NCBI GenBank assembly: GCA_051155755.1
Contig: DAXETY010000002.1
Span: 26,860 to 90,859, forward strand
DNA from: Desulfobacterales bacterium
Lineage (GTDB): Bacteria; Desulfobacterota; Desulfobacteria; Desulfobacterales; SG8-13
Length of the DNA stretch: 64,000 nucleotides
Direction: 5' to 3'
Positions 47,250 to 57,227 of this stretch are shown here, piece by piece; within the stretch, counting starts at the first letter, position 1, and each line of letters opens with the position of its first letter. A program made the position numbers and the translations under genes. The notes beneath the pieces are model-generated. The model was not told the DNA's origin. It saw only the letters and a list, made by a program, of their open reading frames with translations, and did no database searches.

Positions 47250-49421
47250 ATGTTCGAAGTGGCTCTCGGCCAAGGTGAAGACATCGATTCCGGCAGCGCC
47301 GTACAAACGGCGATCGCCCAGTGCCGCAGGAATTTGTCAAACCATCAGCCCCGGGCCGGCATCGTCTTCAGCAGTGTCGATTTCAACCACTCCCTGATAT
47401 TGTCGGAAGTATTGCGCGCATTCCCGGACATCGAACTGATCGGCTGTACCACCGGTGGAGAGTTCTCTTCCGGCTTCGGATTCAGCGACGACTCGGTGAC
47501 GCTGGTGCTGTTCTGTACGGACACGGTGTCGATCCGGGCCGGTGTGGCCCGCCGGACCTCCGAAGATCCGCAATCGGCGGCCGCAGCGGCCATCCGGCAG
47601 GCCCGACGGGAACTGGGTTCACCAGCGGGGCTTTGCCTGGTGTTTCCCGACGGCATCGTCGGCTCGGCCAATGCGCTGGTCGCCGCCATGGACAAACTCC
47701 TGCAACCGGGCTGCCCCGTATTCGGGGGCGTGCCCAGCCGGGAGTGGGAAACCGACGCACCCACACTGCAATTTTTCCGGGATGAGGTCCTGGAAGATGC
47801 CGCACCCTTTCTGCTGTTTGAAAACAATATCCGCTATGCCTTCTCCATCAGCAACAGCTGGAAACCCATCGGACAGCGGTCGAAGGTTACCCGCTCCAGC
47901 GGATACGAAGTACTGCAGATCGGTGCCAAAAGGGCCCTGGATTTCTACCGCGAATACCTGGGCACCCATCGCCTGCCGGCCATCGAATTTCCTCTGGCCG
48001 TCTATCCGGACCTGCAGCAGTCCTTCTTTGTTCGTTCGCCCAGCGACTATGACGAGCAGCGCGGCAGCGTGTTTTTCTCCGGTCCGATTCCCGCCGGCAC
48101 CAGTGTGCAGCTGACCGAGGTCACCCGCAAACGCATCCTGGACGATACCCGCCGTTCGGCGGAGGCATTGTTGGGCGACCGGGCGATTGGATGGCATCCT
48201 TCGGTCGCCATGGCGTTTTCCTGTGCAACCCGCAAGCAGATTCTCGGCACCCAGACACCCGAAGAGTTGAAAACACTGCAACGGCAATTGCCCGCCACGT
48301 TGCCGTTATGCGGTTTCTACACGTTCGGCGAACTGGCGCCGCTGGCCCTCGATCAGCCGAGCCTGCTGCACAATTGCACCCTGGTGACCCTCGTTCTGGG
48401 GGCCGACGGCCCGGCGAGCGAAAAGCCGGATCCGGGTCAGAGGTTCTCGGAGCACAGCACCGCTCTGTCGCCGACGGCCGAAACGAATGCGGGCCTGCAG
48501 CGGGAAGTGCGCTTCCTGCAGAAAAAATTGCAGCGTTCCGAGCGGTATCGTCAACGCCTGGAACGCAACAAGGATCTCAATGACGCCCTGTTCCGCAAAA
48601 TCAACCGGGAAATGCGGCGCGCCCACCTCGAAATCAAACGGAAAAACGACCTGCTGCGAAAATCGCTGGCGCTGGCCAACGAAATCCAGCTCAATCTCCT
48701 GCCCAAGGCCGAACCCCACCACCGCCATCTGGACGTGGCCGGTCGAATCATCTACTGCAGTGCCACCGGCGGTGACTACTACGATTTCCTCTTTTCGAAC
48801 GATCCGAACCGGTTGGACGTGGTGATCGGCGACGTTACCGGACACGGTGTCGAAGCGGCGCTGTTGATGACCACCGCCCGTGCGCTGCTGCGCAGTCGCT
48901 TCCCGGATACGGACGCACTGGCAGAGACCATCACCGCGATCAATCGACACCTGGTGGCGGACCTGGGCGACTCGGGTCGATTTATCAGCCTTTTTTACCT
49001 GGCCATCGACCCGCTCGCGCGTCGCTTGAACTGGGTGCGGGCCGGCCACGATCCAGCCCTTTTCTATCGCCCGGCCGAGGACCGTTTTGAAGAGCTTCGC
49101 GGTGAAGGCCTTGCCCTGGGCGTCGATGCGCAATGGCAATACCGCGAGTATGAAACCGACGGGTTCAACCCCGGAGAAATGCTCTTTCTAGGCACCGACG
49201 GCATCTGGGAAACCCACAGCCCCCGGGGCGAAATGTTCGGCAAGCAGCGTCTGCTGGAAATCCTGCGCCGAAATGCGACCGAGCCCGCCGGCCGAATCGT
49301 CGAACGGGTGGTCGGCGCCCTGAACCGGTTCCGCGGCGACCGGGAACCGGAAGACGACGTCACCATGGTGGCCGTCAAATGGAAAGACCCGCCCGCCCCT
49401 GAAGGCGTTTCGTCAAAATGA
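47250..49421 (+). CDS. FIST-domain sensor fused to a PP2C/SpoIIE-type phosphatase
   Basis: FIST_N/FIST_C-like N-terminal 400 aa, a coiled coil, and C-terminal GGDYYDF...GDVTGHG...GTDGIWE...DDVTMV. Confidence 0.8.
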   Translation: MFEVALGQGEDIDSGSAVQTAIAQCRRNLSNHQPRAGIVFSSVDFNHSLILSEVLRAFPDIELIGCTTGGEFSSGFGFSDDSVTLVLFCTDTVSIRAGVARRTSEDPQSAAAAAIRQARRELGSPAGLCLVFPDGIVGSANALVAAMDKLLQPGCPVFGGVPSREWETDAPTLQFFRDEVLEDAAPFLLFENNIRYAFSISNSWKPIGQRSKVTRSSGYEVLQIGAKRALDFYREYLGTHRLPAIEFPLAVYPDLQQSFFVRSPSDYDEQRGSVFFSGPIPAGTSVQLTEVTRKRILDDTRRSAEALLGDRAIGWHPSVAMAFSCATRKQILGTQTPEELKTLQRQLPATLPLCGFYTFGELAPLALDQPSLLHNCTLVTLVLGADGPASEKPDPGQRFSEHSTALSPTAETNAGLQREVRFLQKKLQRSERYRQRLERNKDLNDALFRKINREMRRAHLEIKRKNDLLRKSLALANEIQLNLLPKAEPHHRHLDVAGRIIYCSATGGDYYDFLFSNDPNRLDVVIGDVTGHGVEAALLMTTARALLRSRFPDTDALAETITAINRHLVADLGDSGRFISLFYLAIDPLARRLNWVRAGHDPALFYRPAEDRFEELRGEGLALGVDAQWQYREYETDGFNPGEMLFLGTDGIWETHSPRGEMFGKQRLLEILRRNATEPAGRIVERVVGALNRFRGDREPEDDVTMVAVKWKDPPAPEGVSSK

Positions 49422-49621
49422 ACCTCCCTCATTCAGTGTATCTCTATTGACAATCGATAGCCGTTTGTGGTCTGGTTAGTTCCCGTATGCAGCCGCAAAG
49501 GCGCTTGGTTTGGATGTCCCGGTGGGTCGGATCGGCCCGGTCAAACGCAATGACGGGTCGCGACATTTGTTTTTCGCCACGCTGTTTCGTACCACGACAA
49601 CCGAAGGAGGAGGACGAAGCG

Positions 49622-50065
49622 ATGAAGTCTCTGCAACGGTTTTCCATTGGGTGTTCGTTGGGCATGCTCATCCTGGCGCTGGCCCTGGTCGGCTGCACCG
49701 GCCAATCGGTCCGCTACACGCCGGCCGACGCGCCGCAGGTGTTTCCCTGTGTGGCCGAAGACCGGCTCGAAAAGTCCATTGCGCCGGAGGCCGAACTGCG
49801 GGAGTTGTCGTGTTCCTTCAAGAAATATGAAGGGGCGGACACGCTGCATTTCAACGTCATGATCCGCAACGTGAGCACTACGCCCCAGCGCTTTCGGGTC
49901 AACATTTTCTGCGACAACGGCAAAGCGGTGGGCGGACTGATTCCGCGCAAAAGCGGCGACGGATTGGTGGCCCCCGGGGAAGACGCCCAATTCGTCTATC
50001 CGGTGGTGGATATGCCGGAAACCCCCGATTCGATGATGCTGGTCATTCGCACCGCAACGCCGTGA
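49622..50065 (+). CDS. hypothetical lipoprotein (147 aa)
   Basis: GGAGGAGGA RBS region. Lipobox LVGC. Beta-rich mature part. Confidence 0.55.
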   Translation: MKSLQRFSIGCSLGMLILALALVGCTGQSVRYTPADAPQVFPCVAEDRLEKSIAPEAELRELSCSFKKYEGADTLHFNVMIRNVSTTPQRFRVNIFCDNGKAVGGLIPRKSGDGLVAPGEDAQFVYPVVDMPETPDSMMLVIRTATP

Positions 50066-50191
50066 TGCCCGGAAGCCGGGGTTGGCTGAAAAACGATCCC
50101 CGAACGTACACCCACCGGTATCTTGCAGCGTCGCAGGGTCTGCGATTCGGGTGACCACATGAACAGCGATGAATCCAAAGGAGGTAGGCGT

Positions 50192-51166
50192 ATGATGCGT
50201 TCCAAATCGACAATTTTCTGGCTTCTTCTCTGCGCAGTTATGCTGGCGGCCGGACCGGCAGCGGCCAAAACCACGTTCATCGGCATCGGCACCGGCGGCA
50301 CCGGCGGGATTTATTATCCCTACGGCGGCGGGGTGGCCGAGATCTGGTCCAAACATGTGCCCAACGTGAAAGCCGTCGCCGAAGTCACCGGCGCCAGCGT
50401 GGAAAACGTGCGGTTGGCCCACCAGGGCGAAACGGTCATCGGTGAAGTCATGGGCGATGTCGCCGTGGCCGGTATGAAGGGTGAGGGCAAGTTCAAGGGA
50501 CAGAAGCAAGACATTCTGTCCATGGCCATCATGTATCCCAATCTGCTGCAGGTTGTGACACTTAAAAAAAGCGGCATCACGAACATCGAGCAGGTCAAGG
50601 GGCGCAACATCAGTACCGGCAGCCCCGGAAGCGGCACCAACTTCATGGCCGAACAGGTGTTGAAGGCCCTCGACATTCCACTGGATTCTTACAGCGATGC
50701 CCGCCTGTCATTCACCGAAAGCGCCAATGCGCTGCGCGACGGCACCATTGAAGTCGGCTTCTGGTCTGTGGGCCCCGGAACCAGCTCGATTCTGGATCTG
50801 GCCACCACCCACGACATTCGGATTCTGGAAATCACTCCCGAACAGGCCCAGAAAATCCTGGCCTACAACGACACCTACTCCGCCGTTGATTTGTCCGGCG
50901 GCGTCTATCCGGGCGTCGATGAAGCCGTGCCGACGATCGGTGTCTGGAACGTGATGATCTGCCAGGCATCACTGGACAGCGACCTGGTCTACAACCTGGT
51001 CAAGGCGCTCTACGAGCACAACGATTACCTGCGCACCATCCATCCCTCGGCGTCCTACACCACGCCGGAAAATGCCGTCAAATACTCCCCGATTCCATTG
51101 CATCCGGGAACCATCAAGTATTTGACCGAAAAAGGCATCCGTGTTCCGGCCGCGCTGAACCCTTAG
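50192..51166 (+). CDS. TAXI-family TRAP transporter solute-binding subunit
   Basis: AAAGGAGG RBS and a signal peptide. IGIGTGGTGGIYYPYGG is typical of the TAXI family. Confidence 0.85.
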   Translation: MMRSKSTIFWLLLCAVMLAAGPAAAKTTFIGIGTGGTGGIYYPYGGGVAEIWSKHVPNVKAVAEVTGASVENVRLAHQGETVIGEVMGDVAVAGMKGEGKFKGQKQDILSMAIMYPNLLQVVTLKKSGITNIEQVKGRNISTGSPGSGTNFMAEQVLKALDIPLDSYSDARLSFTESANALRDGTIEVGFWSVGPGTSSILDLATTHDIRILEITPEQAQKILAYNDTYSAVDLSGGVYPGVDEAVPTIGVWNVMICQASLDSDLVYNLVKALYEHNDYLRTIHPSASYTTPENAVKYSPIPLHPGTIKYLTEKGIRVPAALNP

Positions 51167-51178
51167 GGGGTCGCTCAA

Positions 51179-51730
51179 TTGACCGGGTCGCAGCTGAGCA
51201 AGTGGCTGGCCGTTTTCGCCGGCCCGGTCTGTTTGATCCTTCTGGCCGCCGGGCTGCTGCCCGGCGGCCTCGAACTGCAGATCCGCCCCGTGACAGAAGG
51301 CAGGCCGCCCTTGCTGGTGCTGCCGATGCAGGCCGGCGAACGCTTTACCCTGCATTACTATCACTCGGTGGAAAACGCCCCGATCTGGGAAACGCACAGT
51401 CTGGATGAAAACGGCACGATCTACATCGAAGAGGAACGATATCTGAAGTTCGGGGCCGGCATGGGCAAAATGCCGGGGGTGGGAAAAATGGTTCGCCGCG
51501 GCCCTTACGAAGTCATCGAAGACATGCACATGCCCACCGGCAATTTCGTGTTGCGGGTCGGGAGCCCCGGTGTGGACCACACCGTGATGTGGCGCGGCAC
51601 CCGTACGAATCTATCGGCAATGGTACCCCACGAGGCGGTGCAGTTCTCCGCCCGTCCGGTCAGCCTGCTGTACCGGCTGTGGCGCCGGTGGCTGCCGCAC
51701 CCCGCCACCCCGGCCGCAAGGAGTGCTTGA
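51179..51730 (+). CDS. DUF1850 domain-containing protein
   Basis: TTG start. HSVENAPIWE motif. Occupies the position between the TAXI binding protein and the fused permease, as I recall for DUF1850. Confidence 0.7.
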   Translation: MTGSQLSKWLAVFAGPVCLILLAAGLLPGGLELQIRPVTEGRPPLLVLPMQAGERFTLHYYHSVENAPIWETHSLDENGTIYIEEERYLKFGAGMGKMPGVGKMVRRGPYEVIEDMHMPTGNFVLRVGSPGVDHTVMWRGTRTNLSAMVPHEAVQFSARPVSLLYRLWRRWLPHPATPAARSA

Positions 51731-53739
51731 TGGCAGAAAACACCACCTCGGATACCGGAACGCAGCGTAATCAGACCCTGGTGACGGTCACCGCGGGCGT
51801 GGTCACGGCCGTGGCCGTGACCTTAAGCCTCTACCAGCTGTACACCGCCGGCATCGCTGCCCTGACCGCCCTGGTGCAGCGCTCGATTCACCTGGGGGCC
51901 ATTTTGACGATCACCTTTCTGACACGTCCGCCCTTCAAGGGCGTCCGCAAAGATCGTCTCAATTTCTGGTATGTCCTGGACGCATCTCTTGTGGCGGCTT
52001 CGATTTACTGCACGGCCTACATCTGTATCAACCTCACCGACATTTTCGAGCGCCAGGGAGCCTGGCTGCCCAGCGACCTGGTGGTCAGCGTCATCGGCAC
52101 GCTGCTGGTGATGGAAGCCTGCCGCCGGGTGATCGGCCTGGTGATGACCGGCATCTGCCTGACCGCCGTTGTCTATGCCATGTACGGGCCCTACATGCCC
52201 GAGTTGATCATCCACAAGGGCTACAGCATCACCCGCATCGCCACCACCCTGTGGCTCACCACGGAGGGCATCTTCGGCCTGCCCCTGGGCGTGGCGGCCA
52301 CCTTTGTCTTCGTATTCGTCCTTTTCGGTGCGTTTCTGGAAACCACCGGGGGCGGAAATTTTTTTATCGACCTGGCCTATGCCCTGACCGGCCGGTTTTC
52401 CGGCGGTCCGGCCAAAACCTCGGTGGTGGCTTCCGGTTTCATGGGATCGGTATCCGGTTCGGCCGTCGGCAATGTGGTGGCCACCGGCTCTTTCACCATC
52501 CCGATGATGAAAAAAGTCGGCTACCGGCCCCATGTGGCCGGGGCCATCGAAGCCGCCGCTTCCACCGGCGGCCAGCTCATGCCGCCGATTATGGGGGCCG
52601 GTGCCTTTTTGATGGCCGAGTTCACCAACATCAGCTACCTGAAGATCATCAAGGTCGCCCTGATGCCCGCCGTCATGTACTACCTGACGGTGTTGATCTT
52701 CGTTCACTACGAAGCCCAGAAGTTCGGCCTGATGGGCCAGGCCAAAGAAAACCTGCCGAGGGCCTGGCGCGTGATCAAAGAAGGACTGCACTTCATCATC
52801 CCGGTACTCATCCTGATCTACGTGCTGGTGGCCAATTACTCGCCCATGATGGCCGGTTTTGTGGCCGTGCTGAGCACGCTGGCCGCCAGCCTGGCCGCCA
52901 ACGCCGTGCGGTGGTCGGTGGGACGACTGCCGGAGCAGCGGGAGGGCCGGCACATCTCGCTGGCAGACTTCGTCCGCAAGGAAGGCCTGCTGATCTTCAC
53001 CGGGCTGGAAAAGGGTGCCAAAAATGCGGTGATGGTATCGGTGGCGTGCGCCGCCGCCGGCATCATCGTCGGTATGGTTACCCTGACCGGAATGGGGCTC
53101 AAGTTTTCCAGCCTGGTGCTGGATCTGAGCTTCGGCATCAAGGCCCTGGCCATCCTGCTGATCGGCGCCGCCTCGCTGGTACTGGGCATGGGGCTGCCGG
53201 TAACGGCCAGCTACATCGTGCTGGCAACCCTGGCCGGTCCGGCCCTGCTCGACATGGGCGTGCCCTTGATGGTTTCCCACATGATCGTGTTCTGGTATTC
53301 CCAGGATGCCAATGTCACACCGCCGGTGAGTCTGGCCAGTTTCGCCGGCGCCGGGGTGGCCCGGGCCAATCCCATGCGCACGGCCTTCACCTCCTGGAAG
53401 CTGGCCAAGGGATTGTACATCATCCCCATCATCATGGCTTACCGGCCGCTGCTGGGCATGGGGCCCGAATACGAACTGCTGCACTGGCCGGTCTGGTATA
53501 CCATCGCGATCACCTCCCTGGGCCTGATGGCGTTCGCATCGGGCATGGAGCGCTGGTGCCTGCGCCGAGCCACCTGGCCGGAGACCATCCTCTTCTGGCT
53601 GGCAGCCGCCGGGCTGTTCTGGCCCACCGTTCCAACCGACATCGCCGGATTGGCCTCACTGGCCGGTGCTCTGCTGCTGCAGAAGTTTTACCGACCGCAG
53701 GAAATCTCGGCCGCGCCGGTGGATACCGCCGGAGGGTAA
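51730..53739 (+). CDS. TRAP transporter fused 4TM/12TM permease
   Basis: ATG at 51730 overlaps the upstream stop (TGATG). About 670 aa, polytopic. Confidence 0.9.
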   Translation: MAENTTSDTGTQRNQTLVTVTAGVVTAVAVTLSLYQLYTAGIAALTALVQRSIHLGAILTITFLTRPPFKGVRKDRLNFWYVLDASLVAASIYCTAYICINLTDIFERQGAWLPSDLVVSVIGTLLVMEACRRVIGLVMTGICLTAVVYAMYGPYMPELIIHKGYSITRIATTLWLTTEGIFGLPLGVAATFVFVFVLFGAFLETTGGGNFFIDLAYALTGRFSGGPAKTSVVASGFMGSVSGSAVGNVVATGSFTIPMMKKVGYRPHVAGAIEAAASTGGQLMPPIMGAGAFLMAEFTNISYLKIIKVALMPAVMYYLTVLIFVHYEAQKFGLMGQAKENLPRAWRVIKEGLHFIIPVLILIYVLVANYSPMMAGFVAVLSTLAASLAANAVRWSVGRLPEQREGRHISLADFVRKEGLLIFTGLEKGAKNAVMVSVACAAAGIIVGMVTLTGMGLKFSSLVLDLSFGIKALAILLIGAASLVLGMGLPVTASYIVLATLAGPALLDMGVPLMVSHMIVFWYSQDANVTPPVSLASFAGAGVARANPMRTAFTSWKLAKGLYIIPIIMAYRPLLGMGPEYELLHWPVWYTIAITSLGLMAFASGMERWCLRRATWPETILFWLAAAGLFWPTVPTDIAGLASLAGALLLQKFYRPQEISAAPVDTAGG

Positions 53740-53952
53740 GAACCCGGCGGGTTTCCGCGCTTTTAAGGAGGTTCAACCAGTGTGTCAGTCCCGGTCCGAC
53801 GGAGCCCGGCCGGCCCCGCGTTGATTCCGGTCATCGGAGAATGGTTTTGTAGAAGGGCGGGTCACCGCGCCCGCCAATTGCCGGGGGAAAACTCCTTGCC
53901 CGTTCGCTCGCCGCGAAGCGATGTGGCCGGCTTTTGACAATGCCGGCATCGA

Positions 53953-55200
53953 TCAAGCCCCGTCTCCGGTATCCCGTGTAAAGCCATACAGGATCGCCGC
54001 GATTAGCAGGCTTGCTGCGCACACACCGAAGGCAGCTTCGAAAGCCGCCACGCCCAGTGAAGCCGTGGGAAACCAGGCCTGCATGAACAGGCCCAGTCCC
54101 TGTAGAATCACGGCCGGGCCGATCATGGTGAAAAAATTGATGCCGGTCATCGCCGTGCCGGCTTTTTCCAGGGGCATGCGCTCCTTGATATGGCTGTACA
54201 TGATGCCCCCGGTGCTGTTCACCAGACCCAGCAGAAAAAAAAGGGCGGCCAGCAGCGGCAGGCCGGCATGCACCGGCAGCAACGCCAGGACGGCAACCAC
54301 CACGGCCATGGCCGTGAGCCCCGGTCCCACCACCCGTTTTCGCGACCGAACGCCGCGATCCGAGATCGCTCCGAAGATCGGGCCCCCGCAAATGAAACCG
54401 ACGTTCATCAGCAGAATCACGTTGCCCGCGGCCACCGCCGGCAAGCCGGACACCTGCATGAGAAAAGGTCCGGCATACAGGGTTTGAATGGCGGCATACA
54501 CCCCATAGCGCACGAAGGTGCCCAGCGATATGATCCAGTAGTCGCGCAGGCGCAACAATTCCATCAAGGCCATCAGGGCCGGACGCATTCCGGCAGCGGC
54601 CGGCCGGCGGGACTCGGCGGCGGAAGGTGCCGGCGGCCGGCCGGGTACCGCCAGGGCAAAGGCCGCGATCAACAGCAGGTTGACGGCGGCGATGAAAACA
54701 AAGGCCATGCGCCAACCGACCGCCTGGGCCAGCAGCACCAGCGGCGTGGCCGCCATGATGTTGCCGGCCGTCCCCATGGAAAACACCACGGCCGTCAGGG
54801 TGGCAAACCGCCCGGGGCCGAACCAGACGGCCAGCAATTTGAAGGTTCCCATCAGATTGCAGGCCATTCCGATTCCGAGCAGTCCGCGCGCTGTCACCAA
54901 ACCGGCGGCGGAATCCGCACCAGCGAAGATTACGGCTCCGAGGACCGCCACCAGGTTCAACGCGATCATCGTCCGACGCGGACCGATGCGGTCCAGGTAA
55001 ACGGCGATGGGAATCTGCATCCCGGCGAAGGTATAGAAAAAGGCCGCCGACATGAGGCTCAATTGCCGGGCATCCAGGGAAAGGTCGGACATCAGCTGCG
55101 GGGAGATGACGGCGACAGCCGCACGATAGAATTGCGACAGGACGAACAAAAGCGAGGAGATGACAAACAGGAGCCAGCGTCGGTTCAATCGGATCGGCAT
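53953..55200 (-). CDS. MFS transporter
   Basis: 415 aa, 12-TM pattern. DRIGPRRT loop motif. Confidence 0.85.
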   Translation of the reverse strand: MPIRLNRRWLLFVISSLLFVLSQFYRAAVAVISPQLMSDLSLDARQLSLMSAAFFYTFAGMQIPIAVYLDRIGPRRTMIALNLVAVLGAVIFAGADSAAGLVTARGLLGIGMACNLMGTFKLLAVWFGPGRFATLTAVVFSMGTAGNIMAATPLVLLAQAVGWRMAFVFIAAVNLLLIAAFALAVPGRPPAPSAAESRRPAAAGMRPALMALMELLRLRDYWIISLGTFVRYGVYAAIQTLYAGPFLMQVSGLPAVAAGNVILLMNVGFICGGPIFGAISDRGVRSRKRVVGPGLTAMAVVVAVLALLPVHAGLPLLAALFFLLGLVNSTGGIMYSHIKERMPLEKAGTAMTGINFFTMIGPAVILQGLGLFMQAWFPTASLGVAAFEAAFGVCAASLLIAAILYGFTRDTGDGA

Positions 55201-55298
55201 GACGATTCAGCAGGTTTGATAGGTTGGACGGGCACGATCGATAACCGGTGGGATTCAAGTGAAACCATTCCGCCCGTGGAAACGCACCCGTTTCATTG

Positions 55299-55428
55299 TT
55301 GCCCAAATCGGGTGCTACTGCAAGTTCAACATCGAAGCACGAAAGTGCTTCTGTCTTTTCTGGCCAGCGGCAATTGCCGATGGCAAGAAAATTCAAGCCA
55401 CCCGCTTCGCGGGTGGTTGTTGACTCAG
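55299..55428 (+). repeat. dispersed multi-hairpin intergenic repeat, copy 2
   Basis: Near-identical to the reverse complement of 42185..42321, except for a deletion of about 9 nt that removes half of the first hairpin. Its last bases include the stop codon of the CDS ending at 55425. Confidence 0.85.
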
Positions 55429-56192
55429 CCCAGAATGAGTCGCTGGGGGTCGCAGACATCCCGCAGGATTCGCAGTTCCTCGGCCGAAGGAGGTGTAACT
55501 TCCTTCACGCGGGACACATCCACCGAAAACTCCATGTTTTCAAGCACCTGTCCGGAGGTGACGCCGGGATAACAGCCCTGCAGAAACATCTCGCGGCTGT
55601 GTTCATCGAAACCCATCACCGCCATGTTGGTGATCACCGCGGCCGGACCGCCGTCACAAAGCCCGGCCGCCTCGCGACCGCCGTCGCCGCCCAGCCAGCC
55701 GGGGCTGGTGAGATAATCGAGCCGGTTGACGAATTTGCGCTTTTCATGACGCATGAAAATCACCGTGCGTCCGACGAACGAAGCGACGTCACAGGCGCCG
55801 CCGCTGCCGGAAAAACGGACCCGGGGAGCTTCGTAGGGGCCGATGACCGTGGAGTTCAGATTGCCATAGCGATCGATCTGGGCCGCTCCCATGATGCCCA
55901 CCACCCGTCTTCCGGTGCGTCGATTCTGCATAAAAGCGAAGGCGTCGGCCAGTCCACCGTTTACCGCCGTCCAGAACATCACCCGCGGATCGGCTACGGC
56001 CATCGGGACCTCCTCGAGCCGGGAATCGACGGCACCGGTTTCAAAGAAAATCACGCTATTGGGGGCACTGATGTGCTTGGCCGCCATGGCGGCCAGCATG
56101 GAGATGCCGGTGCCGCAAAACACGATGTCGCCGTCGCGAATCTGCCGGGCCGCGGCAATTGTCATCATTTCCCGCCGAGTGTAGTTTTCCAT
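55425..56192 (-). CDS. CoA-transferase subunit B (glutaconate/3-oxoacid CoA-transferase family)
   Basis: 255 aa. The IVFCGTGISMLAA...VIFFETGAV pattern is typical of beta subunits. Confidence 0.8.
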   Translation of the reverse strand: MENYTRREMMTIAAARQIRDGDIVFCGTGISMLAAMAAKHISAPNSVIFFETGAVDSRLEEVPMAVADPRVMFWTAVNGGLADAFAFMQNRRTGRRVVGIMGAAQIDRYGNLNSTVIGPYEAPRVRFSGSGGACDVASFVGRTVIFMRHEKRKFVNRLDYLTSPGWLGGDGGREAAGLCDGGPAAVITNMAVMGFDEHSREMFLQGCYPGVTSGQVLENMEFSVDVSRVKEVTPPSAEELRILRDVCDPQRLILG

Positions 56193-56225
56193 CGTTACTC
56201 CCGGTATCCTTTTTGAACCAATCCA

Positions 56226-56250
56226 ACCAATTAAACGACTTGGACCAGGC
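56226..56250. repeat. AACCAAT 9-bp-register repeat (2 units plus a degenerate third)
   Basis: AACCAAT at 56226 and 56235, and AACGACT at 56244. Same register as 128..163. Confidence 0.4.
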
Positions 56251-57227
56251 TATCGGCGATCCAGGTTAACCGCATAGCCCGTGCGCGGATCGGCCTGGAT
56301 CATCTGCAGCCGTTCCCGGCCGACTTTCTCCAGCAGGCCGGCATGGTCCGAAACCCCGTGTATGAATTCTTCCAGGTAGCGCAGATGGGCGTCGTCATCG
56401 GAAGCGCATCTGCGATAATGGTTCAGATACAGTGGATCGTAATCGTAATGATGGTAGCAGGCCGTCGGGTAGGCTCCAAACGGCACCGGGACCACGGCAT
56501 CCACGCAGAAAAACGGAATCTGGTTGCGGTTCGACTCGGCACGCAGCCGATCGCTTTCCACCACCGACTCACAGGTGACGATCACACAGCGGGCCGCCTT
56601 GGCCTGTTCCACGTCCGCGAACGGCAGCCCTTCGATACGCAGCGTACCGGAGGCGTCACACTGCTGCACGTGCAGAATGGTGACGTCGGGATTGATCGCC
56701 GGCACCAGCACCAGTTGCGAAGAATCGGTCCAGGTGCCAAACGGGTTTTCAATGACGGCCAGTTTCCGGTCCGGGATCCGTGGATCGGAGGTTCGCAGGT
56801 CTTCGGAAAAGCCCCAGCGTTGGACGATATCGGTGCCGAGTCCCGATCGTGTCGGCAAAAACGGCAGTCCCATGGCGCCGGCCATAAAGCGCAGGGTCAT
56901 CTGGTAATTCGAATAGTCTTCGACTCGCAGCCGGCCGCTTTCCACCGCCCGCCGAAAACGAATGCAGGTCGGGGCGAACCGCCCGCTGCCGGCATAGGCG
57001 ATTTCCAGCCCGGCCACGCACCCGGCGCCGACCAGTTCGTCGACCCCCTGCCCGTTGGAATGCGCGTACAGATGCAGGTCGCGGCGTCTCTGCCGAATCA
57101 CCTCGTACACGGCCGCCATTGGATTGCGGTTGATGGTGAATCCACCGATGGAGATGTGGGCGCCGTCCGGCACGAATCGCCGCACCGCCGTCGCCAGATC
57201 CATTATTTTATCATTGCCGGGGTTCAT
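56250..57227 (-). CDS. CoA-transferase subunit A
   Basis: 325 aa. The DGAHISIGGF...AGSG pattern is typical of alpha subunits. Confidence 0.8.
   Translation of the reverse strand: MNPGNDKIMDLATAVRRFVPDGAHISIGGFTINRNPMAAVYEVIRQRRRDLHLYAHSNGQGVDELVGAGCVAGLEIAYAGSGRFAPTCIRFRRAVESGRLRVEDYSNYQMTLRFMAGAMGLPFLPTRSGLGTDIVQRWGFSEDLRTSDPRIPDRKLAVIENPFGTWTDSSQLVLVPAINPDVTILHVQQCDASGTLRIEGLPFADVEQAKAARCVIVTCESVVESDRLRAESNRNQIPFFCVDAVVPVPFGAYPTACYHHYDYDPLYLNHYRRCASDDDAHLRYLEEFIHGVSDHAGLLEKVGRERLQMIQADPRTGYAVNLDRR

Noticed and set aside
53855-53915. Possible fourth, degenerate copy of the multi-hairpin repeat (CAATTGCCG and CGCGAAGCG fragments).
   Set aside because: Similarity is limited to two short fragments without the collinear hairpin architecture, which is within chance expectation.
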